The position numbers and the translations under genes were made by a program. The notes under the pieces were generated by a model. The model did not search any database. It saw nothing but the letters and a program-made list of their open reading frames with translations, and was not told the origin of the DNA. Below, piece after piece: positions 8,602-17,566 of a DNA stretch of 64,000 nucleotides; positions within the stretch are counted from its first letter, which is position 1; each line of letters begins with the position of its first letter. The stretch spans positions 1 through 64,000 of the IMG/VR virus record IMGVR_UViG_3300047317_001031, one strand, 5' to 3'. Source of the DNA: a virus. Taxonomy: Duplodnaviria; Heunggongvirae; Uroviricota; Caudoviricetes.

Positions 8602-8693
8602 GCGGGAGCGTCTCCGCCGTGATCGTGCCCTCGGCGCGTTCATAGCGGAATGGGGCGGAAACCGGATCGTTGGTTCAAATCCAACTTCCCGCA
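8602..8693 (+). ncRNA. tRNA-like element (possible long-variable-arm tRNA)
   Basis: Acceptor gcgggag/ttcccgc pairs perfectly and the T-arm gttgg-ttcaaat-ccaac is clean. D-arm and anticodon arm are not canonical by eye. Confidence 0.3.
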
Positions 8694-8702
8694 CCGAATC
8701 TT

Positions 8703-8777
8703 GCCGGCCTAGCTCAAAGGCAGAGCATCGAACTCTAAAATCGAGGGATGCGGGTCCGATTCCCGTGGCCGGCACCA
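8703..8777 (+). tRNA. suppressor tRNA, anticodon CUA (reads UAG)
   Basis: Acceptor gccggcc/ggccggc-a-CCA, D-arm gctc-aaaggca-gagc, anticodon stem tcgaa/atcga (31-39 A-A) with loop ctCTAaa (U33, A37), T-arm gcggg-tccgatt-cccgt. Confidence 0.7.
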
Positions 8778-8778
8778 T

Positions 8779-8853
8779 GCCGAAGTAGCTTAACGTTAGA
8801 GCATCGCGGGTCACCCTGCGAGGGACGTGGTTCAATTCCATGCTTCGGCACCA
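8779..8853 (+). tRNA. tRNA with non-canonical (8-nt) anticodon loop, identity unresolved
   Basis: Acceptor gccgaag/cttcggc-a-CCA, D-arm gctt-aacgtta-gagc, T-arm cgtgg-ttcaatt-ccatg. Anticodon stem tcgcg/tgcga leaves loop ggtcaccc. Confidence 0.55.
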
Positions 8854-8932
8854 TCGGGGCTCTTGGGGAAACCCTGGAGCCTCGGCCATTCCCCCCTTCT
8901 CTTCCTTCCTCCATGCGTGATACGATTTTCGC

Positions 8933-9715
8933 ATGCATACATCCATACCCGTCCCCGGCATAACCTTCCGCGATGCGGCGAAGGTCGCGCCCCCATCCAC
9001 GGATGCGATCCCCAAGCCCATAGCGATATCAATGCTCCTTGATCGCTCCGGTTCGATGCACTCAATTAAGGAATCCACGATCGCCGGTATGAACACGTTC
9101 ATGGAGTCGCAGAAGAAACACGGCATCCCGACGACGTTTTCATTGACGCTATTTGATGAAAATCACGGACTCCAGTTGGATCACGTCATTACGAACGCAT
9201 CAATCGAAGGCATTAAGCCGTTGGATGATTTCTCTCCGCGTGGGATGACCCCATTGTTTGATGCGTTTTGGGATACGATTTCATGGTTTGAGGAGCAAAC
9301 GAATGGGAAGAACGTTCGCGTTTTGTTCGTCGTCATCACTGATGGAGAAGAGAATGCGAGCACGCGCCATAAATCCTCAGAACTCAAAGAACGCGTATCG
9401 CAGAAGACGGCTCAAGGATGGGAATTCGTCTATCTCGGAGCAAATCAAGATGCGTTTGCCGTCGGTGCTTCAATGGGGATTGCTGCGGGGAATACTATGT
9501 CATATCAGGCAACCCCACAAGGCGTGATGAGAGCTTCCTCTATGACGACGAAGAACTCCATCGCCTATGCGAACGCTGGAGATTCCTATAAGACCGGGAA
9601 TTTTTTCAACGGGCAAAATGTTGAAGTTGATAGATCCGTATCAATCCCCATGAGTTCCGTCGTTGATCCGCAGCAGCCGGATGCGAGCGGCCTTTCCTGG
9701 CAGAGTAAGCACTAA
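8933..9715 (+). CDS. vWA domain protein
   Basis: MIDAS motif LLDRSGSM near the N-terminus, later TDGEEN; vWA fold signature. Confidence 0.65.
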   Translation: MHTSIPVPGITFRDAAKVAPPSTDAIPKPIAISMLLDRSGSMHSIKESTIAGMNTFMESQKKHGIPTTFSLTLFDENHGLQLDHVITNASIEGIKPLDDFSPRGMTPLFDAFWDTISWFEEQTNGKNVRVLFVVITDGEENASTRHKSSELKERVSQKTAQGWEFVYLGANQDAFAVGASMGIAAGNTMSYQATPQGVMRASSMTTKNSIAYANAGDSYKTGNFFNGQNVEVDRSVSIPMSSVVDPQQPDASGLSWQSKH

Positions 9716-9723
9716 GTAATCGA

Positions 9724-9758
9724 AAAAGCCCTCGGCTTACGAAACGAGGGCTTTTTGA
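9724..9758 (+). terminator. rho-independent terminator
   Basis: aaaagccctcg-gcttacgaaa-cgagggcttttt hairpin plus T-run. Confidence 0.6.
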
Positions 9759-10970
9759 TTTGCTTATTCGCTACCTTGTGGTCATCTGTTTAACATGCAA
9801 CGTGCCCACGCTGCCTATAAAGTTTCTCATGCATTTTGGGTTTTGGCAAGCATTGCATAGGGGAGGCTTTCCGTGGTATAGGGGTCTTATGAATGCTCAA
9901 GTTTTCATGATTATCGCATTGATTGTCCTTGTCCCCAAGACGGCTGACATGATTTCCGATACGTTCGTACCGGATGATGCGCCATATGTTTTCAATTCCT
10001 ACGTTAGCATGTCGCTTTGCGTAATACTCCTAGGCTTGTCCTACAAATTCCTAGGAATTCACTAGAGGATATCCTTACTACTTTACACAACCATGCGAAC
10101 ATGAAAGCGGGAGGATCTTTGGGCAAGGGGATTAGCGGAACATCTATGAGGATGTCGTTCGAGCAAGTCGTGGATAGGGTGCGGGAAATGACCGCAGAAG
10201 AAATGCGTTCTCCTCTAGGCGTAGTCGCAGAGAAGTGGGGAGGGAAAGATCATGGAATAACGATAGAGCGGATACTTGATGCGTCAGACTGCTTGAAAAT
10301 GCTTCGTAGAGAACCTACATTAGAAAGTATTCGTACGATGAAGGGATATGCATGATAACCTTTAGCGATCCGGCAAAGACGAACTTTGACTCTAAATTCA
10401 CGAGATTGATGTCGTGCTATCCCGCTCATCGTGTTATCGGCGTGCAGTATGCTGCGATACAACGCATGATGCACGGCCAAGGGCGATTCATGATCGGTTA
10501 TGTCGCAAGTGCCGAAAGCTACGAGCGCGGATATTGCTATGAAGATTTCGCTTCGGCGCTTATCGCACTCGCCAAATGGGATGGACAGACTGAACCCCAA
10601 GGGTGGTTTCGCTCCTTAAACGATGGGCGCCGTCGCCCTAATGGCGATCCCGCGCTAGAATATATCAATCATTGATGTATTTGCATCCCGAGAAAAAAGA
10701 TAATTATCCCATAAGCTTTTATGATGCATGGCAGCGCATAAATTGCGGGAGAATGCCGCGAGCAAAGTCGCCTATTTTTTTTCGCATTCTTTGGCCCATT
10801 TTATTGATGCTTAATGGCTTTTTCTTGTATTTAAATATCATGCATGTTGCTTGCCATACTATCGTTATCATTACATGGCCTGCCGTTATCATAGGATTTC
10901 TCGCGACGAGCAATTCCCTCTATATGCTTATCCATGCATATCATACTTGGCCTGATTACCCGAGATTCTC

Positions 10971-11606
10971 ATGGAGAAAACCTTGGATCAGCTAGATCTC
11001 TGCCGACTCATCGCCGACGTAGCGCATGCCGCGAAGGGACAAACACGAGCGGACGGAGAGACTCCGTATATCGCTCATCCTGCACGCGTCGTGGAAATTC
11101 TCTTAGAATGGTATAACCGCAGAGAAAATCCTGCCCCACCATTAGATTTCTCCTTAATTGATATCATCCATGCGCTTGCCTCCGCATGGCTTCATGATGT
11201 CGTGGAAGATACGGACGTAACACTTTCAATGCTTGAGGCGTGGGGGATTGACGAACGAACGGTTCATCTCGTCAATCTCTTGACCAAGAAAAACGCTCAG
11301 AGCGAAGCAGAAACGCCGGAATATTATGCCGAGATTGCTAAGGATGATACGGCATTGCTCGTAAAAGCGGCGGACAGATGCTCGAATTTGGAAGATGCGA
11401 TTGAGGAAGTAAAGCGCGGATATGTCAGGCGTTGGAAGAACTATGTTATGCGTACCTATATCGACGTGCTTCCGCTTTATACCCGATTCCCGGTGCTCCT
11501 TACAGAAATCGCAAAGCGCTTACTGGCTATTGAGCAAGCGATCCTTGAGCAACAAATGGGCGGCCCTGTCGGCATTTTTGATTGTGGAGAAATAATCAAA
11601 AAATGA
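10971..11606 (+). CDS. HD-domain (p)ppGpp hydrolase, SpoT/Mesh1-like small alarmone hydrolase
   Basis: GETPYIAHPARVVEILLE followed by WLHDVVEDTDVT, the HD hydrolase motifs of RelA/SpoT-homolog hydrolases. Confidence 0.7.
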   Translation: MEKTLDQLDLCRLIADVAHAAKGQTRADGETPYIAHPARVVEILLEWYNRRENPAPPLDFSLIDIIHALASAWLHDVVEDTDVTLSMLEAWGIDERTVHLVNLLTKKNAQSEAETPEYYAEIAKDDTALLVKAADRCSNLEDAIEEVKRGYVRRWKNYVMRTYIDVLPLYTRFPVLLTEIAKRLLAIEQAILEQQMGGPVGIFDCGEIIKK

Positions 11607-11920
11607 TAGCCCTCTTAAGAAAGTACGATTGGCTTCGTCCGCTCGTGATTTCTTCCGTCGTCGTGCTTGCGAGCAGAAGCATTCTTGGCCTAGAGATATT
11701 ACTGCTTTCGGTTGTGCTTTTTTTCTTCATATGGTTCCCTCGCGCCCTTGTGCAGAAGTGTCCCGATGGGCTAAATGCTACATGGTGGAAAATTGAAAAA
11801 ATTGCCATGATAGCCATGCTTCTCGCTTCTGCTTATGTTTTTAATCGGTATTTCATGCCTCCACTGCTAGAGATATGGAATATGGGAGGATTTAATCCTT
11901 GGAAATCTCATCGTATATGA
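11582..11920 (+). CDS. small membrane protein
   Basis: Two to three hydrophobic segments; no recognisable domain. Confidence 0.3.
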   Translation: MWRNNQKMIALLRKYDWLRPLVISSVVVLASRSILGLEILLLSVVLFFFIWFPRALVQKCPDGLNATWWKIEKIAMIAMLLASAYVFNRYFMPPLLEIWNMGGFNPWKSHRI

Positions 11921-12216
11921 AAAATGCTATCTTCATGCTGATCCTACTCCTCGTCGCATGTGATGAAGATCTGCAGAAGACCTATTCTTGCGGCGGGCAA
12001 GGCGTATCATCCGCATCCGAGCATGTGGACGGGATGCTTTCCTGTGCAAAATTCTGTTCTTCCCATTATCAACCGACCGTGCAAGTTGACTGCCAGAACG
12101 GAACCGCTTACGTTCTTAATCGTGGTCCTGAATTTATGGGACCGGATATCCAGAAATACCTTGGGAACAATATTTCTCGTCTTGAATGGCATAACATGGA
12201 TGAATGGTTCAAATGA
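11899..12216 (+). CDS. putative lipoprotein
   Basis: MKNAIFMLILLLVAC signal peptide with lipobox Cys, followed by a Cys-rich mature part. Confidence 0.35.
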   Translation: MEISSYMKNAIFMLILLLVACDEDLQKTYSCGGQGVSSASEHVDGMLSCAKFCSSHYQPTVQVDCQNGTAYVLNRGPEFMGPDIQKYLGNNISRLEWHNMDEWFK

Positions 12217-12596
12217 TAGAAGACAAGAAACTTGACCGGATCATGGAGTACGCAGAACGAGCAACCATAAAGCAATGGCAGGCGAGTTATTTCGTTGATG
12301 GGCCGCATTTGAGGTCGTGGAGCCCAGCTCAAAGAAATATCGCTCGTAGGATGGAGGCGAAGACCATACGACTTCCTGGCGTAGTTGGATCTCCATCATG
12401 CAATCCAGCTTTCACGATCGAGGGACCATCTGCATCCCCTGAAAATGTTACATTTATTGGTTCGTGTGATCCCGAAACCATTATCGAAATGATTCTGGAA
12501 ATCAAGGAGCATCGCCGGATATCAACTGCGAATGAGGCATGGACGGCATATAGTGATATGAACCATAGGAACGCATTGAGGAACCATAAGATTTGA
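12204..12596 (+). CDS. hypothetical protein
   Basis: Intact 130-aa ORF; its stop overlaps the next gene's start. Confidence 0.35.
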   Translation: MVQMIEDKKLDRIMEYAERATIKQWQASYFVDGPHLRSWSPAQRNIARRMEAKTIRLPGVVGSPSCNPAFTIEGPSASPENVTFIGSCDPETIIEMILEIKEHRRISTANEAWTAYSDMNHRNALRNHKI

Positions 12597-12994
12597 TGAA
12601 AGTTATTATTTTCGGCGGTCGGGATCTGACGGATTACGGCCTTGTTGTTGAGGCAGTCTTCCTCGCGAAATGTGGCATACTAAAAGATATGGAAATTACC
12701 GAAGTCGTCTCAGGCGCATGCGGAATAGATGCGGATGATCCTGATCGTGAAGACATAGAAGCGAAAGGCGGAGACGGCCTCGGCGAATTATGGGCGAAGA
12801 CGAACGGTATCCCCGTAAAACGCTTTTATGCCGCATGGAAACGTCTAGGGAAGCCCGCAGGGCCTATCCGCAACGGCAAGATGGGAAAATATGCGGATGC
12901 CGGCATATCGCTCTCCGGAGGCTTCGGAACGGCCAATATGGCGAAGCAGTTACGGGGATTGAGAAAGCCCATGTTCGAAATCAAAATATCATGA
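12593..12994 (+). CDS. DprA/SLOG-like Rossmann-fold protein (DUF2493-like)
   Basis: MKVIIFGGRD...VSGACGIDA pattern typical of phage DUF2493/SLOG proteins; ATGA overlap with the downstream gene. Confidence 0.4.
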   Translation: MMKVIIFGGRDLTDYGLVVEAVFLAKCGILKDMEITEVVSGACGIDADDPDREDIEAKGGDGLGELWAKTNGIPVKRFYAAWKRLGKPAGPIRNGKMGKYADAGISLSGGFGTANMAKQLRGLRKPMFEIKIS

Positions 12995-13521
12995 CCGAAC
13001 CTGAAGCCCAAGAAATGCTCGCGAAACTATCCGTGCATTACCGCGAGCCAGTTCGCCGCATTTCGGAATACTGCGAGGCGTTCGAACATTGGTTGCGCGT
13101 GATTGACGAATCCGCCGCGTGCGATGAGCATTCGCCGTGGAAAAACGAGGAATGGGTTGGGCATATCGACGGGATCAGACTTGCCGTCCGCAAGTCATGC
13201 CTCTTGGATCGGCTCATTTACGACGGGCAAAAGCTCCGCCAAGAGAAATGCCCGAAGCATCAAGGGCGCTGGTCCGGCATCGACGGTGGCCCGAGCATGC
13301 CGCATTCGCATTGCGAGCATGGCTGCGATCTCACCGGATGGTTGCCGGAGCCGGAAGACTTGGATCGTTGGCATCGCGAGATGTTTGCCGAAATACAGGC
13401 AAAATTCTCGGGGGATGCGCTACAGGCAGAATGCGAACGGCGTAGGTTTACGCACTGGGCTATTGCTCACCGTCCGCAATGGGTTGCCTTCTATGAGGAG
13501 CAGATTAGCTCAAAATCATGA
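12991..13521 (+). CDS. hypothetical Cys/His-rich protein
   Basis: In frame within ORF 12790..13521; ATG at 12991 overlaps the upstream TGA (ATGA); multiple Cys/His clusters. Confidence 0.45.
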   Translation: MTEPEAQEMLAKLSVHYREPVRRISEYCEAFEHWLRVIDESAACDEHSPWKNEEWVGHIDGIRLAVRKSCLLDRLIYDGQKLRQEKCPKHQGRWSGIDGGPSMPHSHCEHGCDLTGWLPEPEDLDRWHREMFAEIQAKFSGDALQAECERRRFTHWAIAHRPQWVAFYEEQISSKS

Positions 13522-13538
13522 AATAATGATTATGTGAT

Positions 13539-14117
13539 CTAGGAAATTTCCTGAGTCCAGAAAGCAAGCTTGGGATACTTCGGCTTCGGATTGTATTTGT
13601 TAAACATGCCAACCTGGCAGAATCCGGCGGCGGCTAATCCATGCGCGCCGATAGAGTGATTTAGTTCGTGCGCTAGACGTACTCCAGCGGCATCTCCGCC
13701 GTAAATGCGCGGGTCGTCGGTGTCCGGGATGATTTCCTTGGAGGCAAGCCCTAGGTGCATTCCAGCGGCCCAAGCCCACGCAGTTGCCTCGGGATCGGAG
13801 CACTGAAGCAATGCGCGCATGAGCGGCGCTTCCGGGTGCGGATCAATACGGGATGCGTCTTCCCATGCGGCCTTAATCGCGGGAGCGATGTCGCCGTTGA
13901 GCATGTGGCGATACCGTCGCGGCATGATCGCAATATGCCCGGCTTCGTGGAGAACATCGGCAACCTGGCAATGTGGATCAACGGCAAGCACGCCGTTCGT
14001 GATTCGTACGCCAGGAACGAAGCCGGACGCGCCGACCTCCCAGCGCGCTTCGATGCCGATTTCGTTGAGGAATGAGAGGACGGAATCAAGCATCCACAAC
14101 ATTCCCTTCATCATCAA
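13539..14117 (-). CDS. hypothetical protein with HExxH motif (possible zinc metallopeptidase)
   Basis: VLHEAGHIAI motif. Confidence 0.35.
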   Translation of the reverse strand: MMMKGMLWMLDSVLSFLNEIGIEARWEVGASGFVPGVRITNGVLAVDPHCQVADVLHEAGHIAIMPRRYRHMLNGDIAPAIKAAWEDASRIDPHPEAPLMRALLQCSDPEATAWAWAAGMHLGLASKEIIPDTDDPRIYGGDAAGVRLAHELNHSIGAHGLAAAGFCQVGMFNKYNPKPKYPKLAFWTQEIS

Positions 14118-14424
14118 CGAATTTCACAATTCTCATCCTCTCTGCCATGCGGATTTGTTGTGTAGGATATGCATCGAAAAACGCACGACAGCATACCGCC
14201 TCCGGAGTATACGATCGTACCTCGCCGTTGAAAGAAAAACGATGACATACGAAATACGTATCATCCGCTAGAGCATTTTTTATTATATCCGTTGCCCGAT
14301 TTTTATCGGTGAGCCTCTCCGAAGAAAATAAACATTCTCCGCAACGCTTCGCCGCAACCGTGAAGCCGCGAACCTTTTTTAAGCGTTCGCGGACTTTCTT
14401 CGGCGCCCCAAATCTCGGCTTCAA
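14086..14424 (-). CDS. hypothetical Cys-containing protein
   Basis: ORF overlaps the neighbouring genes by a few nt on the same strand. Confidence 0.3.
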   Translation of the reverse strand: MKPRFGAPKKVRERLKKVRGFTVAAKRCGECLFSSERLTDKNRATDIIKNALADDTYFVCHRFSFNGEVRSYTPEAVCCRAFFDAYPTQQIRMAERMRIVKFVDDEGNVVDA

Positions 14425-15290
14425 GCCATGAGCTCAATTCTATACGCAAAAAGTACGTCTTCAACGATTTTACGGACATCTTCTTGCGTTGAGATCTTGT
14501 GGATATCCCGGAACGCTTCAATGACGTCGGCGCGATCGAACGGAATGACTTTCTCCTTAATGATCCCTCTTTTCGCATGGACGTTGTTTATCGCCTCGTC
14601 GATATGCTTTCTCGTTGCTTTCTTCTTGCCTTGCTTATGCGCAATATCCACAGCCTCAGAAATGACGGCGGTTGCTTCCTTCGATCCATGCGCCCGAATT
14701 TCAATAACCGCTTCGGTAGGTGAAACCTTCTCTTCGCCGATCATTCGCTGCAAGTCGTTCGGAGCCTCATGGAGCATGAGCCTGCTCGCGATATGGGCGC
14801 GGCTCAATCCGCTCTTTTGCGCGATTTCGGCTTCCGTCCAATTGAATTTCAGAAGCCGTGCGAATGCGACGGCTTCCTCTAGCGCATTTACATTTTTCCC
14901 AGAATTTCTCGTTATTAACGAAAGAACGCGCTCGGCCTCGTTCATTCCTCGCGACTCCGCCAGAGCGAGGATTCCTTTTAGATCACATCCTTCTTCCATC
15001 GCGAGACGCGCTGCGCGGACCCGACATTCTCCGTCAACAAGAAAAACCTGTCCGTCGACATACCGAATAGTGATTGCTTGCAAAACGCCGCTTTGTTTGA
15101 TCGAATCAGCAAGCCAACGAACATGCGCGATGTTTTCCTGCAACGAAAAATCTCTGATATTAAATCCCGGCTCAATTATTATTATACGAGGGTCAATAAG
15201 GAAAGCGTCCTTGGTCGTGATCGCGGCATCTTTAAGCCGGGTTATCGGCTTGAATGGAAGAACGACGTTCTCTTCTTTGCGCTGAATCAT
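14421..15290 (-). CDS. ParB/Srx-like N-terminal domain protein
   Basis: IIIEPGFNIRDF...VRWLADSIKQSGVLQAITIRY...LVDGECRVRAARLA matches ParB N-terminal boxes. The mirrored plus-strand ORF 14428..15285 is low-complexity and rejected. Confidence 0.6.
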   Translation of the reverse strand: MIQRKEENVVLPFKPITRLKDAAITTKDAFLIDPRIIIIEPGFNIRDFSLQENIAHVRWLADSIKQSGVLQAITIRYVDGQVFLVDGECRVRAARLAMEEGCDLKGILALAESRGMNEAERVLSLITRNSGKNVNALEEAVAFARLLKFNWTEAEIAQKSGLSRAHIASRLMLHEAPNDLQRMIGEEKVSPTEAVIEIRAHGSKEATAVISEAVDIAHKQGKKKATRKHIDEAINNVHAKRGIIKEKVIPFDRADVIEAFRDIHKISTQEDVRKIVEDVLFAYRIELMA

Positions 15291-15381
15291 CTAGGCTACT
15301 ATCTCCTTGTAGGCTTCGATCGGTGGATGGATCGGGGCGAATCTTTCACGCCGGCTCTTTACATAGAATAATTTATCTATT

Positions 15382-15627
15382 GTGAAAAAGCAATCCCCTG
15401 GCCTGAACTTTTTCTATTGTGGTATTATAATGTGGATGAAGAAACCAAAGACGAGGCTAGGACGGCCGCCCATGAGGCTGCGTGATCGACGTATAACGGT
15501 AAGTGTTTGCATGCGCCCTGATGCGGCGAAGCTCTTGAGGAAGATATCCTCCATGCGAAGCGAGTCTCAGGGAGTCATCGTCGAATCCCTCGTAATCGCA
15601 GCGGCGGCGCAAGAAGGCCTCATATGA
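15382..15627 (+). CDS. small ribbon-helix-helix-like protein
   Basis: ITVSVCMRPDAAKLLRKISSMRSESQGVIVESLVIAA resembles an RHH beta-strand plus two helices. Located immediately upstream of the RuvC nuclease gene. Confidence 0.35.
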   Translation: MKKQSPGLNFFYCGIIMWMKKPKTRLGRPPMRLRDRRITVSVCMRPDAAKLLRKISSMRSESQGVIVESLVIAAAAQEGLI

Positions 15628-15690
15628 ACAGCCTAGGAAGATTATTAAGAATGCTTGACATGCCTAGAAAATATTGTTAGCGTCTAGGCA

Positions 15691-17514
15691 ATGCTTAAAG
15701 CGAAGGCGCGTGATGCGTCTGAGGAATCACCGACAGAAGGGCGCTTCGTTCATGAAGTTCCTTTCGTCGTTGATTTTGATGCGGATCGCGAGATTCGTCT
15801 TCGCTTTGAAGTCGCGCGGAAAATTTATAATGCTTTGCTAGGAGAAGCACTTCGTCGCGTTCGTCGCGTTCGTCATGCGATGCGTCAGCATTATCCTGTT
15901 TTTCAGAAATGCAAGGCTGAAGCGACCCTAGCGATTACGGAAAACGAACTTCATCCGGCGAGCCTTGCGGCACGAAAGATCACTAAAAAGGCATATTCGC
16001 CGTACAATGAACTTCGTAAACCATTACTACGCGAATATGGATGCTCTCGATTCGGCCTGTCCGCATATGGAACGAAGCTCTCGCGTGATACGCCGTTATG
16101 GGCGCGACAACATGCGATAGGAGCGACGGTCGTCCAGGAACTTGTTCGGCGTGCATGGTTGACTGCTGAAAAGAATCTCCTTAACCCGCGGATTAAGTGT
16201 AAGTTCATGCGGTACGGAGAACTACGTAGCGTCGAATCCATGAACGAAGCGGATGCTATACGCATTGCCGATGATAGAATCATTTGGTCTTCCGGCAAAG
16301 GCGGCGGCGTTATCTCCATGCGGATGCGCCTTGATCGCAAGGGCCGTGACTGGGTAGAGTATTTCGCCTCTTATGCGGAGATCATTAAGACGCGTCTTGT
16401 CCGTCGCGATATCAACGGCAGGAAGCGCGGAGCGGCGCAGATTGTGCTTGCCGGCGATCCCGTTGATCGTCCCTGGATTACTACGATTCCCGGCGACGAT
16501 ATTGGGATTGATCTTGGCCTTTCCGTCGTCGCGATCGATTCTGATTCTGAGAGCGCAATATATTCCCTTACCACGGTAACTCCTGAGCAGCGCGCGGAAC
16601 TTGCGCTCAAGCAACGGCGTACGAACCGTGCTTTAGATCGCTCTCGCCGTGCATCCAATCCCGATAAGTATGATGAAAAGGGACGGGCTCTCCACCGCAG
16701 AACGCACAAGCGGCTTAAGACTGAGAGCGCCCCTCGTCTACGGTGGAATTTCTCAACGGCATATAGGCAGATGAAGGCTGATTATGCTGAAGCCTCGCGG
16801 ATTGTTACTGAGCGGCGCAAGAACGCAACGCGTACGCTCGTAAATCATATCGCTACGCTTGGGAATGTCGCCGTTATCGAGAACCTGTCGCTACAAAAAT
16901 GGCAACAGGAGTACGGTAAAGCAACGGGATTTGCGCCGGGGGAATTCACCGCAGCGCTTGATCGGCGTATGAAATCCCTTAACGGCGATCTGCATAAGAT
17001 TCCCGCGCATACCGCGAAGCTTTCGCAGTTTTGCATTGCGTGTGGAGTATACGAAAAAAGAGATTTTGAGATTCGCGTTCTTGAGCGACGGCAACGTTGT
17101 TCGTCCTGCGGGTCCAATCAGGGCGGCGTGCAAGCCGACTTGGTTCAAGCTTTCCTCGCGCGGCATGTTCGTGTCGAGGGAACTATCGACGTTAGTCAAG
17201 CTCAAAAGGCTTGGCCGGGTGCGAGCATGCGCCTAGGTTCGGCATCGTCGGTAGTAAAAAACGCAGCAAAGACCGTGCTTGCGCGGTCGCGTCGGTGGAG
17301 AAATCGGCTGGCGGCAGAGCAGCGTGCCGTACAAAGCGGATCAGCATCGCCCCTAGGTCCCGAGTCCTTGTGTCTTGGGAAGCGCGGCGAAAGCGTCTCC
17401 GTCAAAGTCCCTATTGATCTTCGAGCGGCCAGGTGGGGCTCGCCTCGTGCTGGCCCGCTCGATCCTGCTACGATAAGGAAAAAGCGACCTCCTCGTTCCG
17501 TTCCCATTGGTTAG
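15691..17514 (+). CDS. TnpB/Cas12-like RuvC nuclease, putative compact type V CRISPR effector
   Basis: TnpB-like N-terminus (RFVHEVPFVVDF...RKIYNALL), RuvC-I DIGIDLGLSVVAI, RuvC-II VAVIENLSLQKW, zinc finger CIACG...CSSCG, RuvC-III QADLVQAFLARHV. The last ~110 aa are low-complexity and Arg-rich. A CRISPR array begins 53 nt downstream. Confidence 0.75.
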   Translation: MLKAKARDASEESPTEGRFVHEVPFVVDFDADREIRLRFEVARKIYNALLGEALRRVRRVRHAMRQHYPVFQKCKAEATLAITENELHPASLAARKITKKAYSPYNELRKPLLREYGCSRFGLSAYGTKLSRDTPLWARQHAIGATVVQELVRRAWLTAEKNLLNPRIKCKFMRYGELRSVESMNEADAIRIADDRIIWSSGKGGGVISMRMRLDRKGRDWVEYFASYAEIIKTRLVRRDINGRKRGAAQIVLAGDPVDRPWITTIPGDDIGIDLGLSVVAIDSDSESAIYSLTTVTPEQRAELALKQRRTNRALDRSRRASNPDKYDEKGRALHRRTHKRLKTESAPRLRWNFSTAYRQMKADYAEASRIVTERRKNATRTLVNHIATLGNVAVIENLSLQKWQQEYGKATGFAPGEFTAALDRRMKSLNGDLHKIPAHTAKLSQFCIACGVYEKRDFEIRVLERRQRCSSCGSNQGGVQADLVQAFLARHVRVEGTIDVSQAQKAWPGASMRLGSASSVVKNAAKTVLARSRRWRNRLAAEQRAVQSGSASPLGPESLCLGKRGESVSVKVPIDLRAARWGSPRAGPLDPATIRKKRPPRSVPIG

Positions 17515-17566
17515 ATCCTTGAAAACTGAAGGTGCTCGAAAATCCTGCGGGAACCCATGCGGTGCT

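Noticed and set aside
8269-8622. 117-aa ORF overlapping the Pth2-like gene in another frame
   Set aside because: The alternative frame (8301..8594) gives the conserved VRTD...AQ..HA motif; this frame gives no recognisable features.
14428-15285. 285-aa plus-strand ORF mirroring the ParB-like gene
   Set aside because: Antisense shadow ORF in GC-rich sequence. The translation is low-complexity (S/A/R/C-rich), whereas the minus-strand product has recognisable ParB boxes.
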